The notes under the pieces were generated by a model that ran no database searches, was not told the DNA's origin, and saw only the letters and a program-made list of their open reading frames with translations. A stretch of 64,000 nt of DNA from Heteronotia binoei (taxonomy: Eukaryota): the NCBI RefSeq assembly GCF_032191835.1, contig NC_083238.1:21824001-21888000 (forward strand), written 5' to 3'. Positions within the stretch are counted from its first letter, which is position 1. Each line of letters opens with the position of its first letter. Positions 11,296-24,222 of the stretch are shown here, piece after piece. Both the position numbers and the translations under genes were made by a program.

Positions 11296-13019
11296 CTACC
11301 AGTTGGGGAGAAAGGCCAGGTATAAATGAAGGCAATAAATAAGTCCAATCTTTAAAAGTTTGATTTCCCTTGCTCTGTTCCTTCTCCATGCGCTTCCTGT
11401 TGCTGTTTCAGCAACGAAATAATTTTTTTTTTTAAGTCTGTGGAAAATATTTTGGTACTACATGTTGAATGTATTTCTACCCTCAGGCTATTGACTGAAC
11501 CCATGGCAAAGATTAGATTCAAACCAAGGATTTCTGAACTGGGTTTTAGTAATTCTGCTGTACTGCAAGGGACATTGAAAAAGAATTATTTATAATTAAT
11601 GTGCTTGTGATATATGATATGAATTTTATTTTTATAAAATGGACTAAACAAAGAAAAAACAAAGCAAAAAAGAATACCAACAAAAATTAGAAATTAGACC
11701 ATAGATCAACTAATACAGTTGGAAAAAAGAAAAAAGCAATAATATCTGCTTTTTTTAATTTATTTTTTTGCTACAGAAAGCCATACATACATGCATACAA
11801 CTTTAGTCTGAAATCAGACCAAGGAAAATATCACTGTTCTGTGCAAGCTTATGCCACTTTTACAGATTTGGGGAGAAGTTTCCAAAAGGCGTCAAACAAT
11901 ATTTAAAAGTAGGTTAAATCTTCACAAAGGAAAAGTTAAGAACTGGATATACAAAAAAATTCCAATGGAACTTTAAATCAATGCTTCTTGGAAAAGGTCA
12001 CATTTGGAACCTCACAAGAGGTGTTGCTTTCTTTACAAACCTCCTGTGGAAGGAGGCTGCTGAACTTAGAAGCAAAACGCCCTCCTTCCTGCTGATGTTC
12101 TCACCTGCAAAAGTGCTGGTACAGGGAACAAGACTTCTTGTCATGATTTTAAGTGATCTTCACAAGTGTCCCTCCAAGAACCCCAATGGAATTGCTTGCT
12201 CTCCGTTGCACCGATTAATTTTAATCTTGATTAAAACATTAGTTGACTAATTATACCGCTAATAGAGCAAAGCCAGAAGAATTGCAGAGTCTTGCACAAG
12301 CTGAATACCAAAGACAAGCTTTACAGTATTTGCAATGCATTTCTAAACGAAGTTACACCCTCCTAAGCCCATTTACTCCAATGAAGGCCAAATGCCTAAT
12401 GAAATCTGTATTCCCTTGTCATCTGCCTTCTACCCCTAGAACTTTCTTCAAGAATAGTTATGTAGTACAGTATTTGCTCAAAAATCTTTGTTCTTTGAAA
12501 CTTTTGCTTTAACCCTTTATAGTTCTCATCCCACCTAGTGTATATAAATTTTCACAGGTTCGCTATTGATTACACATCCTCTTTCTTTCCCACCAGTTTT
12601 TCTACTAATCCAGCCAAAATTTAACTTGTAAACCTTTCTTACCTCCCTGTGCTTACTCTGCTGTGTACCATGTGAATTGATGATACTGTAAAATCCTATT
12701 TAAAACTGTAGGTGAGATGTCTTTATATTAATCCTTCAGGACTTGCCAGATTTTAACTCCTCCATGTGGGAGACTCTCCCTAGGGCTTGGAAGGAGTCAA
12801 TTATTTGGCCTCTGCTTCGAAAACTTCCATTGTCTAGAGATGAGGTGGCCAAGTACAGGCCAGTCTTTAATTTACCTTTTCAGGTAAATTGGTGTCAGGG
12901 CTTTTGTGAGTCATTGCTCACCTCTTCAGATACAGCTAGGATGTGAGTCCCTGTCCTATATTATTAGAAAGTGGAGTGATTTCAGATGCCAAATGATAGT
13001 AGCAGGAAACCTAGGCCTC

Positions 13020-13545
13020 TATTCAATCCAGGTGGATTGCATTGTCTTCAGTTTCATTCTCAGTTGCAATCTCTTTCTAATCTCCCTTTGTAAGATAATT
13101 GCTACTTTGAGGTCAGCGACAATGTCCTGGAGGGTTAAAATGTTCCTTCCCCGGTTTATGAAGGTTGTCGTTTCTGGTGTCAGACTTATGTCAATTAATT
13201 TTTTGTTGAAGGGACTGCCCTGTTTGTCCAATGTAGAGTGGAGAGCATTGCTGATATTTGATGGCATAAATCGCATTAGAGGATGAACAGGAGTAGGAAC
13301 CTGAGATGGTACGGCTGATGTTGCTGAGTACAGTGGTGGTATTGCTCCTATATGAGAGCAAAGTCGGCATCTTGGTTTGTTGCAGGCCTTGGTACCAGAG
13401 TCCATGTTACTATTAAATAGTTTATCATTGTAGGTGAGAAGTTGTTTTAGGTTAGCAGGTTGTCTGTAAGCAAGAAATGGTTGGGGGGGGCAATGCCAAT
13501 GTGTGGGAGGTGTCACTATACAGCATGCGTTGTAATGCATTGAAC
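13020..13545 (-). mobile_element. Penelope-like element remnant (GIY-YIG endonuclease region)
   Basis: Minus-strand frames give ACNKPRCRLCSHI and CSSSNAIYAIKYQQCSPLYIGQTGQS (IY...YIG), split by frameshifts; abuts a Squam3 copy. Confidence 0.85.
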
Positions 13546-13550
13546 TAGCA

Positions 13551-13833
13551 TGAAGAAGATGATAATATTGGATTTATATCCCGCCCTCCACTCCAAAGAG
13601 TCTCAGAGCGGCTCACAATCTCCTTTACCTTCCTCCCCCACAACAGACACCCTGTGAGGTGGGTGGGGCTGGAGAGGGTTCTCACAGCAGCTGCCTTTTC
13701 AAGGACAACCTCTGCCAGAGCTATGGTTGACCCAAGGCCATTCCAGCAGGTGCAAGTGGAGAAGTGGGGAATCAAACCCGGTTCTCCCAGATAAGAGTCC
13801 GCACACTTAACCACTACACCAAACTGGCTCTCC
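13551..13833 (-). mobile_element. Squam3 SINE
   Basis: Reverse complement of the 3037 copy. Confidence 0.85.
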
Positions 13834-15119
13834 ATGAGTTGTGAGTTGTGAGCTGTAGATGACTATTATTGTAAGCCACCTTGGACAAGAGGAAAGGCTG
13901 GATATAAATTGTTTATTAAATAACCTGAGCTATTTCTGTATTTCTCACTATAATTTTAAGAGGACATATCGCCTTTGAACAGGCTGAACCTGGCTACACC
14001 TGTGCGTCAAATAAGATATCACCGAAGCCCTATTCCACCTCTTAGCCTGACACTTTAAAAATCTTGCAATATTTGGATTATTTTATCTGAAGTATCTGGA
14101 CGTGCTGTTAAAGCTGAATGTGTTTGACATTGCTGAACACTTAAATTGTTGTTGCTAGGTCATCTGTACCTTAATGGGTGCTAATTGGTTTGTGACTGAC
14201 AGGCATGTTAACAGGGCCTAATTGACAGTTAATAGAATGCAAATGGAAGGATTTCTGCATCTTCAGAGAGAGAATGAGGAGGACACTTTTATTCTGGACT
14301 ACCTGTAGTAGATAAATTATGTGCAGAGTGCTCGAAACTGAAATTGCAACAACTTGAAGGCATCACACAACAAAAATGCTCATGGTATCCTTGTTTATAT
14401 GCTTCTGGTTTTTTTTATCATTGTAAAGCAATTTCAGAATTGGGGTGAATATCTATGAGGACTCAAAATATTGCAAAGAGAACTAAACATTCCCTCCTAT
14501 CTTTTCAATTCTTAACCAACTAAGGAGAAACTAAAGGTAGATTTCATATTTTCATGCTAGAGTAACTTAAAAGTTTTGAATAAGGCTCAGCAAGATGATT
14601 TAACACTGTCACTAATTTAGGCCTTCACACGCTATCAAGCTGCTTGGTGATGATTGTAGCCTTGTGGAATACCTCTGTAGAATGGTACCCGTATAAATAT
14701 CACAGTTGCACAGGTCTTTCATATTTGAAGCACCCCCCACGTGATCGGTCCTGGCTATGTGGTTGTGAAAGCTGTGTGTACTGCAGGCACAAAAGGTTTA
14801 AGGGCCTACATTTGTGGGTAAACGAATTGTGAAAAGCACAGTCAGTATTAACCAGTCTGCAAAACAAACACATATGCAAGAGTCCATGTTATCAGCGCAA
14901 AGGGATGATGTTGGACTACTTAAAAACTGTACCTTAAGATCTGATGTGCACCAGAATATGTGGAAAGGGAAGTTCAAATGTGGCAAAGTAGAAGCCTTGA
15001 GGATTTTGCTCTATATTACGTATGTCTTTCTGAGCATTTGGCTGTCTCTCTTACATAACCAGCAGAAGACCAGTTGCTTCTGAAATACCTCATCCTAGTT
15101 TAATATATCTCTCCTATAG

Positions 15120-15207
15120 TTAAAGCTGGAGGTATGAGAGTTTCTAAGAAGCTGGAGAATGGACCTGTTGAAAGGAGTCCCAAAGTCCATGGGAGAGAAA
15201 GGACCAG
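15120..15207 (+). CDS. DAPL1: DAPL1 coding exon 2, (V)KAGGMRVSKKLENGPVERSPKVHGRERT(S)
   Basis: Acceptor tctctcctatag, donor CAG|gtatgt, 88 nt, phase 1 to 2; carries the DAP-family signature VKAGGMR. Confidence 0.95.
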
Positions 15208-15454
15208 GTATGTTAAGATTGTGTTCATTTCTCAGCAATATAATCGCTATACTACTATGGCAAGTAAATGAAAGGAGCAAGAGGTGACACAGTACCTTTA
15301 GTGCTAGAAAATAATGCATGGGAAGGTTTAAAAAAAAAAAAAAAGCAAAAATCTGTAGAAAATGCAATTCTGACTTCATACTTTTTTGATCAGAATAACC
15401 AGAGGTATAAATTATCCAGCAAGATAAAATGCTATACTCATTAGGGTTTGTAGA

Positions 15455-15592
15455 GTCTTTCGGGATCAAGTGCCGTGTTCTACTGGAGAAAGTTTTCCTT
15501 CCAGACGTTTCGTTCTCAGCTACGGAGAACATCCTCAGTGGCGTTGCAGCTAGAGCAGGCGCTCTGACCTTCTTGGCTGCTGTGCATTGAGT
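15455..15592 (-). mobile_element. Penelope-like terminal-repeat fragment
   Basis: Short CpG-retaining insert in AT-rich intron containing gacgtttcg...cctcagtgg, the hammerhead-bearing motif typical of PLE terminal repeats. Confidence 0.6.
15501..15541 (-). ncRNA. Minimal type I hammerhead ribozyme motif
   Basis: Reverse complement CCA-CUGAGGA-U-GUUCUC-CGUAGCU-GAGAAC-GAAAC-GUC-UGG: core CUGANGA and GAAA, 6-bp stem II, 3-bp stem I (CCA/UGG), palindromic ACGU stem III, GUC cleavage triplet. Confidence 0.7.
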
Positions 15593-16360
15593 GCATAATG
15601 TGCAATGCATTGTGCATAATGATGTTACCAGCTGTGAAAACCTGAAATCTTTGATAAATGCTATACTGTCCCAGCCATTTTCCCAATTTGCTGTCTGTTT
15701 GCCCTGTTGTCTCCAGTGTTCTGTTTGTCTTGACATTCTAACAACTGTTACCACTGAGATGTTCTGTCTTGCTTGCTGCCTGCATAGCTCCACTTGTCCC
15801 TAAGTCTCATGTGACGCTTCAGAGCCAATCAAATAGATCTTTCACAAGTTTGGTTGTAATCCTGTTACCTGCTTAATTTCCAAAGTAGCTAGAATGTTCC
15901 AGTCAGACACTGATAAAGTAGCTAACAAACTGGGTGGGGTGGGGATGTCCTCTTTTTAAGAGTGGTTTTGCTGTGTGGAAATGGGCAGCTGAAGCTTTTT
16001 GTGAAATGAAGTAAATAATATCACCTGGTAAACATCCTATTTTAATCCTCTGTTAAAAGGACAGGACAATTTTTCTCCAGGTGATTAGAAACCCTAGCCT
16101 AGAAACATGAGTTGTAAGGATTCAGAACTTTGGAGCAAAGTGCCGGACTATTCTTTAGTTGCCCCAGACTTCGGTCACTGACAGTGCAGGCAGAGTAAAT
16201 ATGTATCCTCAGAATGAATCCCACTGCATTCAATAGAATGTACACTCTAGTTAAGTGTGCCTAGGATTGCACAATTAGTATATATTTGCATTCCATCTCC
16301 TACAGAATAAGTATGTGGGAACTGATCTTGCAGAGTGTTGTGGCAATGGTTTAGTAAAAG

Positions 16361-18531
16361 CAGGGGTATTGAACTCACTTGTTATGAGAGCTGAATCTGA
16401 CATAAATGAGACCTTGTCAGGCTGGACGGTGTGTACCTATTTAAGATTAGGTAGCAGAGATATAAACTTTATAAAGGACACAGACAAACACAATTAAAGA
16501 TCTTTTTAAAAAAAAACCTTAAAACATGCTTAAAACATTAGCACTCGTTGGTCTTAAAGGTGCTTTCTTTGTATTTCTTCCATGGGATCCAGGGAACTGG
16601 GCAAAGGAAGCTCTGTCTCTTTCCTTCCTTCCCCAGGGGACCAGGAGGGGAAGGAGCCTTAGCTAATAGAAGGAGGAGAGGCTTGGCTCAGTAGCTCTGC
16701 TGTGTGATTGAGAGAGCCTGGCAAAGCAAACTCTGCCTCCCCCCCCCTTCCTCCCCAAGGGAGGAGCCTCAGCCAATGGAAAAAATTGGCTGAGGCCTTG
16801 CTCTGTAGCTCCTGTGCCATTGAGCAAGCCTGGCAAAGCAAGCTGTGATGCAGAAGGAAGCAAGAGAGGGAGAAGGAAGCAGACAAGAGTCAGTTGCTCA
16901 GGGGCCTGATAGGAGTCCTCCAGGGGCCTGATTCGGCCTCCAGGCTGCATGTTTGACACCCCTGATTTCGGGCAAAATACAAAGGACAATGATCTAAAGT
17001 TTTGCTCTTATCGGAGAGGTACTATTTAAGATGGGGCATCTAATTCATTTGTTATGGGGGCCAGATCTGACATAAATGAGACCTTGTCAGGCTGGGCCAC
17101 GTGTGTCATAAAATGTCATTTCGGGCAGCAGAGATATAAACTTTATAAAGGGCACAAACACAAAGTTTTTTTTTTTAAAAAAAAACTTAAACATTAGCAC
17201 TCTTGCAGTATTTTGGTTATTTAGCAGTCTCCGATAACTGACACCTCTTGCTCTGAATTATTGCATCAAAATCTGGAGATAATGTCTGTGATGTAGCAAT
17301 CCTGAGTATGCTGTTCAGATGTTGATCAGGTATATATCTGTAAGTTGCAAACCTACTTTTGATTTGTTAACATTCATTGCAGAAATTTAATGGTCAGTGC
17401 TCTGTGTCCTAGGATTCAGGGGAAATGAGGTTTTGTACAAAAATTGCTTTATGTGCTGGTCAAGAAAATGTGAAGGCACCATGACATAGACTGAGGGCTA
17501 TGTGTTTATCTACAAAGCTATAGTCTTCCTCAGAAAAATAACTGCAACTCCTATGAGGCTGTCCAAGAATAGAGAGACTGCAGTGCATAGTGGTCAATAT
17601 GTGTATGTGTGAAGGAGAGATACTGATTCCTCACTAGCAGCTGTTGTACCCCCGGGCTGCTTCTTTCCTCGGAGCAAGTGACCAATTCCCCAGTAGTCAC
17701 TGTGTGGCCGTATTTTGACCCGTAGCTTCCTCCAATTTCCCTCATGGTGACTTGGTCTTTTTTTTTTTAGTTCCGGAAGCTGTGAAGGAAATTAGAGAGA
17801 GCCATGAGTCAAAATGCAGCCGCACAGTGACTAGTGGGAAATCGGTTGCTTGCTCCAAGGAAAGCAGAAGCCTGGGGGCAGAGAGACTGTTAGTGAGAAG
17901 CAAGGCAAAAAGTTCTTACTTTCCTTGAATAAAACTATATTGCAGGGGTGGCCAACGGTAGCTCTCCAGATGTTTTTTGCCTACAACTCCCATCAGACCC
18001 AACCAGCATGGCCAATGCTGGGGCTTATAGGAGTTGTAGGCAAAAAACATCTGGGGCTGCTGTTGGCCACCCCTGCTATATTGGTCTTACAGGTGCTTTT
18101 TGTATTTCTCTTATGGGATTGAGGCAGCCAAGCAAAGCAGCATCTCGCTCTTCCCCAAGGGAATGAAGGAGCTTGGCGCAGTAGCTCTGCTGTGTGATTG
18201 AGAGAGCCTGGCACAGCTCTAGCTTTGATTGAGAGAGCTCTAGCACTGCCAGGCTCAATCACACAGCAGAGTTACAGAGCCAAGCTCCTCCATTGGCTGA
18301 GGCTCCTCCTTCCTCCCCTTCCTTGGGGAACAGGGAGGGGGAAAGAGGGAAGGAGCAAGGAGAGGCTGCTTTGCTCAGCTGCCTCAGTCCCACAGAGAAA
18401 AACAAAAATGGCAGTGACAGAAGCAGGAGAGAGGGAGAAGCAAGCAAGCCATAGGCAGTTCCTCGAAGGCTGGATGGAAGCTCTTTGTGGGGGTTGGATA
18501 AGGTCCACAGGATGGACATTTGTCACCCCTG
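16361..18531. mobile_element. Two related hAT-like non-autonomous elements in tandem (about 16361-16964 and 17031-18531)
   Basis: Shared atctgacataaatgagaccttgtcaggctgg block (about 16395 and 17065) and tttg(a/t)cacccctg ends; no clean TSD found. Confidence 0.55.
17943..18075. mobile_element. Palindromic hAT MITE, 8-bp TSD CTATATTG
   Basis: TIR CAGGGGTGGCCAAC / GTTGGCCACCCCTG; TSD read directly on both sides. Confidence 0.88.
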
Positions 18532-19236
18532 GCCTAAGACATTCAAAATGTTATAACACTTGGCAATCTTAAGCAGCTGCCCATGATGGCAGTGCTGAAA
18601 AATCTCATTTATTTTTCTCCAAAAGAAATGTTTACTATATATAGTAAAACCACAAAAGAAAATATTGTGGGCTTCCTTTCATCTTGCAGGTGTTTTAAGT
18701 ACTTGAAGTATTCCTGGAATCGAGCCATGCTCAGAGTATTGATTTTTCTTCTGCACAAGACTAATAAGCAAAACACCTGTAAAACATAAGCAAAAGACCC
18801 CTAAAACAGATAGCACTGTAGTTAAACTACACAGTTCATGGGGAGTGAACTCAGGAGGCATCTAAATGCCTCCTGAGCTCACTGGCATTGGGCTGTTGCC
18901 TCAACACAACCCAGAAGTCTGCTGAGTCCATTTCCGAGTCCCCACGGACCTCATGGACCACGAACTAGTTCATAAATCAGAAAAGTCTGTGGACGTTCAG
19001 GGTTCATGGAATCCACGAACTGTGAACCTCCACATACCTCAAATATTTCTGGTCCATGCCTATCCCTAGTCCCCACTGTGACTGACATCTTTGCATAGAA
19101 CATTGACTGTATGAATTGCACAACCAAAACTACACTGTAGATTGGATGGGGAGCATTAGTCAGCAAACATGAAAGATCTCTTTAATTTTTTTAAGACCAA
19201 ACCCCTGGCTTAAATCCTTTTTCCCCTCTTTCACAG

Positions 19237-19297
19237 TACGGTTAGCATTGCAAAAATGCAAAGCATGAGCGTCTTGTTGGCAGATGCATTGGAGAAA
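19237..19297 (+). CDS. DAPL1: DAPL1 coding exon 3, (S)TVSIAKMQSMSVLLADALEK
   Basis: Acceptor ttttcccctctttcacag, donor AAA|gtaagt, 61 nt, phase 2 to 0; aligns with human DAPL1 ...NVAKIQTLDALNDALEK. Confidence 0.93.
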
Positions 19298-20796
19298 GTA
19301 AGTATACATGAGTAGACTTGCACTTGATTATGAATTGTGTTAATGCAAACACATAAGAACTGTATCTGAACAGGTGCTAAAAGAAATGTGTCCAGTATGT
19401 TAAGAAATATCAACAATTTCCCCTTCGGCCCCTCCTTTTCTTAACCACGTGAGAAGGGAGGGGTATAAAGAGCACTTAAAAGCTGCCTTTAGCTTGAAAA
19501 GTATTTGAATGCTATTTTCATCTGAGGCACAACGTGCTGGAACATGACTTCTAATCATTCCAGCACTTCTCAAGCTGTGCTCTACATTTAAAATCTCCAC
19601 AGGATGTTTCCTGCCTTCTCAATATGAATAAATAGGACTAATCCTTATTGGGGCATCTGAAATATTGAAATGTTGCAACAGGAATTAATTTTGCTGCTCT
19701 GCTTCAGACAGCAAATGCAGTTGCTCTGTTTGAGCTGCCTCCTACCCGCAGTCCTTGTCTTTTGCCTTTCTCATCTGTATACAGCGATCACAGAAGAACA
19801 AGAAGAATGTGGATTCCAGAGTGACTGTTTAAAACAGCTTAGAGGCTAATATTTCAGAAGCAACTGCTGTGGAGTTGGCCAGAGGCACAATTTGCCCCTT
19901 TAGTAATAGGATAAATCTCTGGCCTGAATTCAAGGGAGATGCTGCTGCTTAAACTGAAGGTTCTGGCTATAACACATGTCTTTTAAGGGGAGGTAAAGTG
20001 CATATTCTTCTGTTTCAGTCAACTCCATAATGAGCTCTTAGCCTTGGACTACATATTCAATCAAGTAATATGTAATAAAAGCCCTGAGACAGCTGACTGG
20101 ACCATTTCAGGTTGAAGGTTTTGGCATGTAACACCTTTCATTGCTCAGTGTAAAATCTCCCTGCAGGAAGAAGTGGCCATAGCTGGTCTAGCATTGGGAT
20201 AGCCAGTGTGGCATAATTAATGGTCACGGTGGCAGACTAGGACCTCAAGTTTAAGTCCCCATTCTGCCATGGAAGTTTTCTGGTTGATCTTGAGCCAGGC
20301 ATTTGTCCCTCAGTCTAACCTATCTCATGTTATTGTGAGAATAAAATAGAACAACAGTATTGTAAGCTGCTTTGGGTTCCCATTGGATATCAATAAACAG
20401 GCTTGTAGCCAATGTTGGGTGAACCATCTGTTGAATCTCAGCAGACCCAAGACATATTGCCTGTCTGTCTTGGCTTACTTAACATTTTTCTTTTGTTGTT
20501 TGCTGCTTTGTGACTCTTAAGGGTGAAAAGTAAGTTGCGAACATTCTAAATAGATTCTGTTGCATGTATAGATCAGGCCTACAATGAAAAACCAGACAGT
20601 GTATTTGTCATTCAACAAATCCACAGAATTTGTTTCATTGTTTGCAATCTTCTCTTACGGAAGCACTTCTGTTCTAGGCAAACTGCACTTTTTAAGCACT
20701 CAAACAGCAGTATGTATCCTGGAGAAAATGTAACTTTGTCCATAGTCAGAATGGCTATTTTTATTCGGGATGGACATCTGGAATGCAGTTATGAAC

Positions 20797-20945
20797 ATAT
20801 GAAACTGCCTTATACTGAATTAGGCCCTCGGTCCATCAAAATCAGTATTGTCTACTCAGACTGGCAGCGGCTCTCCAGGGTCTCAAGCTGAGGTTTTTCA
20901 TGCCTATCTGCCTGGACCATTTTTAGTTGGAGATGCCAGGGATTG
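20797..20945 (-). mobile_element. Squam2-like SINE, partial
   Basis: ctgccttatactgaa...ggtccatcaaaatcagtattg...gctctccagggtctcaagctgagg, matching the 59 kb element. Confidence 0.75.
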
Positions 20946-21671
20946 ATTGTGTGGATAGCAAGGGTCATTCCTAAGGTATCAATAAGTGTGATGCAACTTC
21001 TGTGCTTCCCCCGCCTTGACTGCTACATTTTGTTATGCCAACACTTGCATTTGGCCTAGAAAGAGACAGCTTGTAAGGGGATGTAACGAAACCATTTGAA
21101 GTGTAGAGAGGTTAAATCCAGCAAGGCTTGCCACGATTTTGAGGCTAAATCCAGCAAGGCTTATCATGGGTGAGGAAGCACAATTCACTTGAGAAGGACA
21201 TACTGGAATGCTGTTTCAGTCATGGGTGGACTGCTGTCCACCTGCAAGAAACACCTGCATAGGGATTGCACTATGGTCAGTCAGAAATGTGAAGTAGCAC
21301 TACTGCTGGAACAATCTGGAAGTGTGATGAGGGCAGGGGAATCAGTGGCTGCTAGCTCTAGAATCTGTTGCCAATAATCAGGTCATGTGGCACAGAAATG
21401 GACAGTCTAGGGTCTACATCACAGCAAAGCATCTTTTAGAGAGAGTTCACACTATTGCCCTTTGAGCTGGGACTTGCAAAGTTGATGCACCCAGGCTATG
21501 AGATGCAGTTGGGACAGACATCATGAGCTAAACATCTAGATAAGGTGTAAAAGGGCTGTGGTTGGCACCATAAACTTGTGTATTGTGCTGGAGGCTCTTC
21601 TATGATGAATGCAATGGAGCAGAGAATGGTGAGTTTAACACAGAAGTGCTTATGCTCAAGTCAAATCAGAA

Positions 21672-21740
21672 CAGGAAGCATCTAAGCTTAGTACCAGGAA
21701 GCATCTAAGCTTAGTACCAGGAAGCATCTAAGCTTAGTAC
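21672..21740. repeat. Three perfect copies of a 23-bp unit, CAGGAAGCATCTAAGCTTAGTAC
   Basis: Read directly; each unit contains the palindrome CTAAGCTTAG. Confidence 0.95.
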
Positions 21741-22161
21741 TGTCTTGTGTAAGAGAACCAGAATAAGAAAAGGAGGACAGAACATGTGCTGTTGCCTTTC
21801 TTGGCTTTAAAGTTGCTGCTTCCATACATGTGGAGGCATTCAATGTAATTCATTTCAATTTTTTTGGGGGGGTGGGGGGGTGGGAGGGGCACCCAGAATT
21901 TTAAAATCCTGTACTTTAGCTGTACTCGTTTCCTTTCGCCCCTCTCCTCATGGGTCCATTTATCTTATGATTAGCTTCTGAATCCAAGGGTTTTTAATGG
22001 AACTACTTTATTTTATAAAGGCTCCAAACAGCTTTAGATACACTGTTGAAGAAGTTGGATACAAATCTAATAGAGAACTCTCTTGTACCAGCTTGGATTT
22101 TAATGCTTATGATTTATAGTTTTTTGCTCTTGCTCTAAGACTTTTCTTTTTTATCTTACAG

Positions 22162-22281
22162 CTAAGACACAAATTCCCTGCAGCTGCCGCACAAGGAGTG
22201 CATCAAAAGCCACGGCCTACTCTGGAAAAGATTATACCACCCAAAAGAATGTGCATTATTCAGCAGCCTCGGAAATGTTAA
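22162..22281 (+). CDS. DAPL1: DAPL1 terminal coding exon, [39 protein letters not shown]
   Basis: Acceptor ttttttatcttacag; ends at TAA 22279-22281; matches human C-terminus KFP...[19 protein letters not shown]. Spliced CDS 64+88+61+120 = 333 nt = 110 aa + stop. Confidence 0.96.
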   Translation, partial: LRHKFPAAAAQGVHQKPRPTLEKIIPPKRMCIIQQPRKC

Positions 22282-22401
22282 AGATGTAGAGTAAAATATT
22301 CATATATCTGACAGACTTGCTCTTAACAAAACAGCACTTAGCTAAGCAAGTAGTAAATGGACCAAATGTCTTATGCAGTTTCTAATTCATATTTTCCAGG
22401 C

Positions 22402-22407
22402 AATAAA
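22402..22407 (+). terminator. Probable DAPL1 polyadenylation signal AATAAA
   Basis: First AATAAA about 120 nt after the stop codon, followed by GT/T-rich sequence. Confidence 0.6.
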
Positions 22408-24222
22408 ACGAGTGTATGTTCTGCAATTTTTTTTTCAAAGCACTTTTTTTTCCCCTCAAGAGGAGATTAAGAAAACTCTCGTGTCATTAGCCTCTTAGGT
22501 GTTCCAACTTGGAATAGATGGGCCATTTCTTTAAGCAGTATCCTTAAGAGAGGCTGGCTATCACACTTCTTATGAGCCACAAAGTCAGATGTTATTCACT
22601 GGCTATATTGCAGCTTGATGGGAGATTCATAACCTGCCTCCTTTTGGTCCCAGACCGGCAGCAAAACCAGAAACTATATGGAGATACTGATAGGATACAT
22701 GTACACTTGCCTTGTACCATGCCTGGAAATATAAATGGCATTCACATCTGAGAATGTGGAAAGAAGTAGGACAGTTGCTAAACTTTCCTAACTTCTCTCT
22801 TTCCTATTATCATTTGAAAACTGTAGGCTTCATCGTGATAATCAGTTTATGTGTCTTGATATAGGGTACCTTTTGCATGATCCGAACCAGTTCATAAGGC
22901 CCCTGAGATATCTTGAACACGTGTAACAGATGCTCAACACCTATGTGGAGAGCTTCGCAATTTGCAAGGTCAGCCTGTTGTCTGCAAAGGATAATGCATG
23001 GATTTTTTTTTTTAGCTTTAATACCTGTGAACCAAAACTCTGAAAAATCAGGATTCAGTGCGATATGTGAAGAGGAAAATCAAAGCACTGCCTTTTTTTA
23101 GGAAACATGGGAGCCATATCTAGCAGGAAGATAGTAAGTAGTTTGATAATCATGGATTGACAACTCCTCATACGGCAGATCAGAATGTCTGTATAGGCAG
23201 ATACAGAATGTCCATGCGCTGAGGTTCCTTTTGACCTGAAAGCACTTCTCCTAATAATAGTCAGTGGTTACTTATTTGTGGAAAGGCACTAGTATCTTCA
23301 ACACAGGAAGAGTTCAGCTTTTACTTGGCCACCTTAATCCTTGTCCTTTCCAGAAAATCCATGGTAACGCTATGGATGTTATTTTAGTGTTGACCCATTA
23401 GACTGGGTGCTTTCAGTTTGTAAAGAGATGCAAGATTCTCCTTTTTTTCTGCCAGTATTTAGGTGGTAACTGCGTATGTTGTATTGTTCTGGACAGATAG
23501 CAGTGATCGTATGAGAAACATGTCTCCTTTAAATTTAAAGAACTGCTGGCACAAGTATCATGACTTTAGCCAGTGTAATTAGTTTAGCACATGAATTAAT
23601 GTGCATAGGTCAGATCTTACGAACAGGTTGTTATGGTTGGTCTGTATTTTTCTATCAAATGGCGTACTACTGGGACTTACATTCAGATACTTTTTCCTGA
23701 CATTGTCAAACCTGAACATTTTTATAAAAGGGATTTTAAGAAATTCTCTGTGTATTTAAGAGTACAGTGTTCCTATGGATAGGTAGAACTTGACTCAAGT
23801 AGCTCACAAGCATCTTCTGCTGGCTATGCATAGACAATCTTTATAGGAAAAATGCTAAAAGCCATGACTAATATAAGGTAGTGAAAACCATAAGATCAAT
23901 GGACTTTGCAGATTGTTAGGCACTGGAAGTTAGCAAACACCTTCAGAGGTTAATTTAAACATATATGCAAGCCAATGCACTACACTTGTTCACAATAATC
24001 CAGAAGCCAAGAATTCTCATGCTTTCACGGGACTTGCTAGAATTTTCACAGTGGAACACTGAATCTTAAAATGCGCTTGCCGGTGGAAACGATCATTGGG
24101 CATGGGACCTCAGGAGCAAGAGACCTCACTCAGCGTTTTTCTAAGAGTTTCCTTGTCTTCCAGAGTTCTTTTGTCTTGTTGAATGGTTTTCCGAGCACTC
24201 TATTTGAAGGACTTTTGTTTCT

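Noticed and set aside
15095-15793. 232-aa minus-strand ORF overlapping DAPL1 exon 2
   Set aside because: Alternative-start chance frame across intron, a PLE fragment and poly-A; no domain-like composition.
19787-19822. Possible extra DAPL1 exon (tatacag|CGATCACAGAAGAACAAG...)
   Set aside because: Good acceptor but weak donor, and the four-exon model already gives a complete DAPL1 with matching phases.
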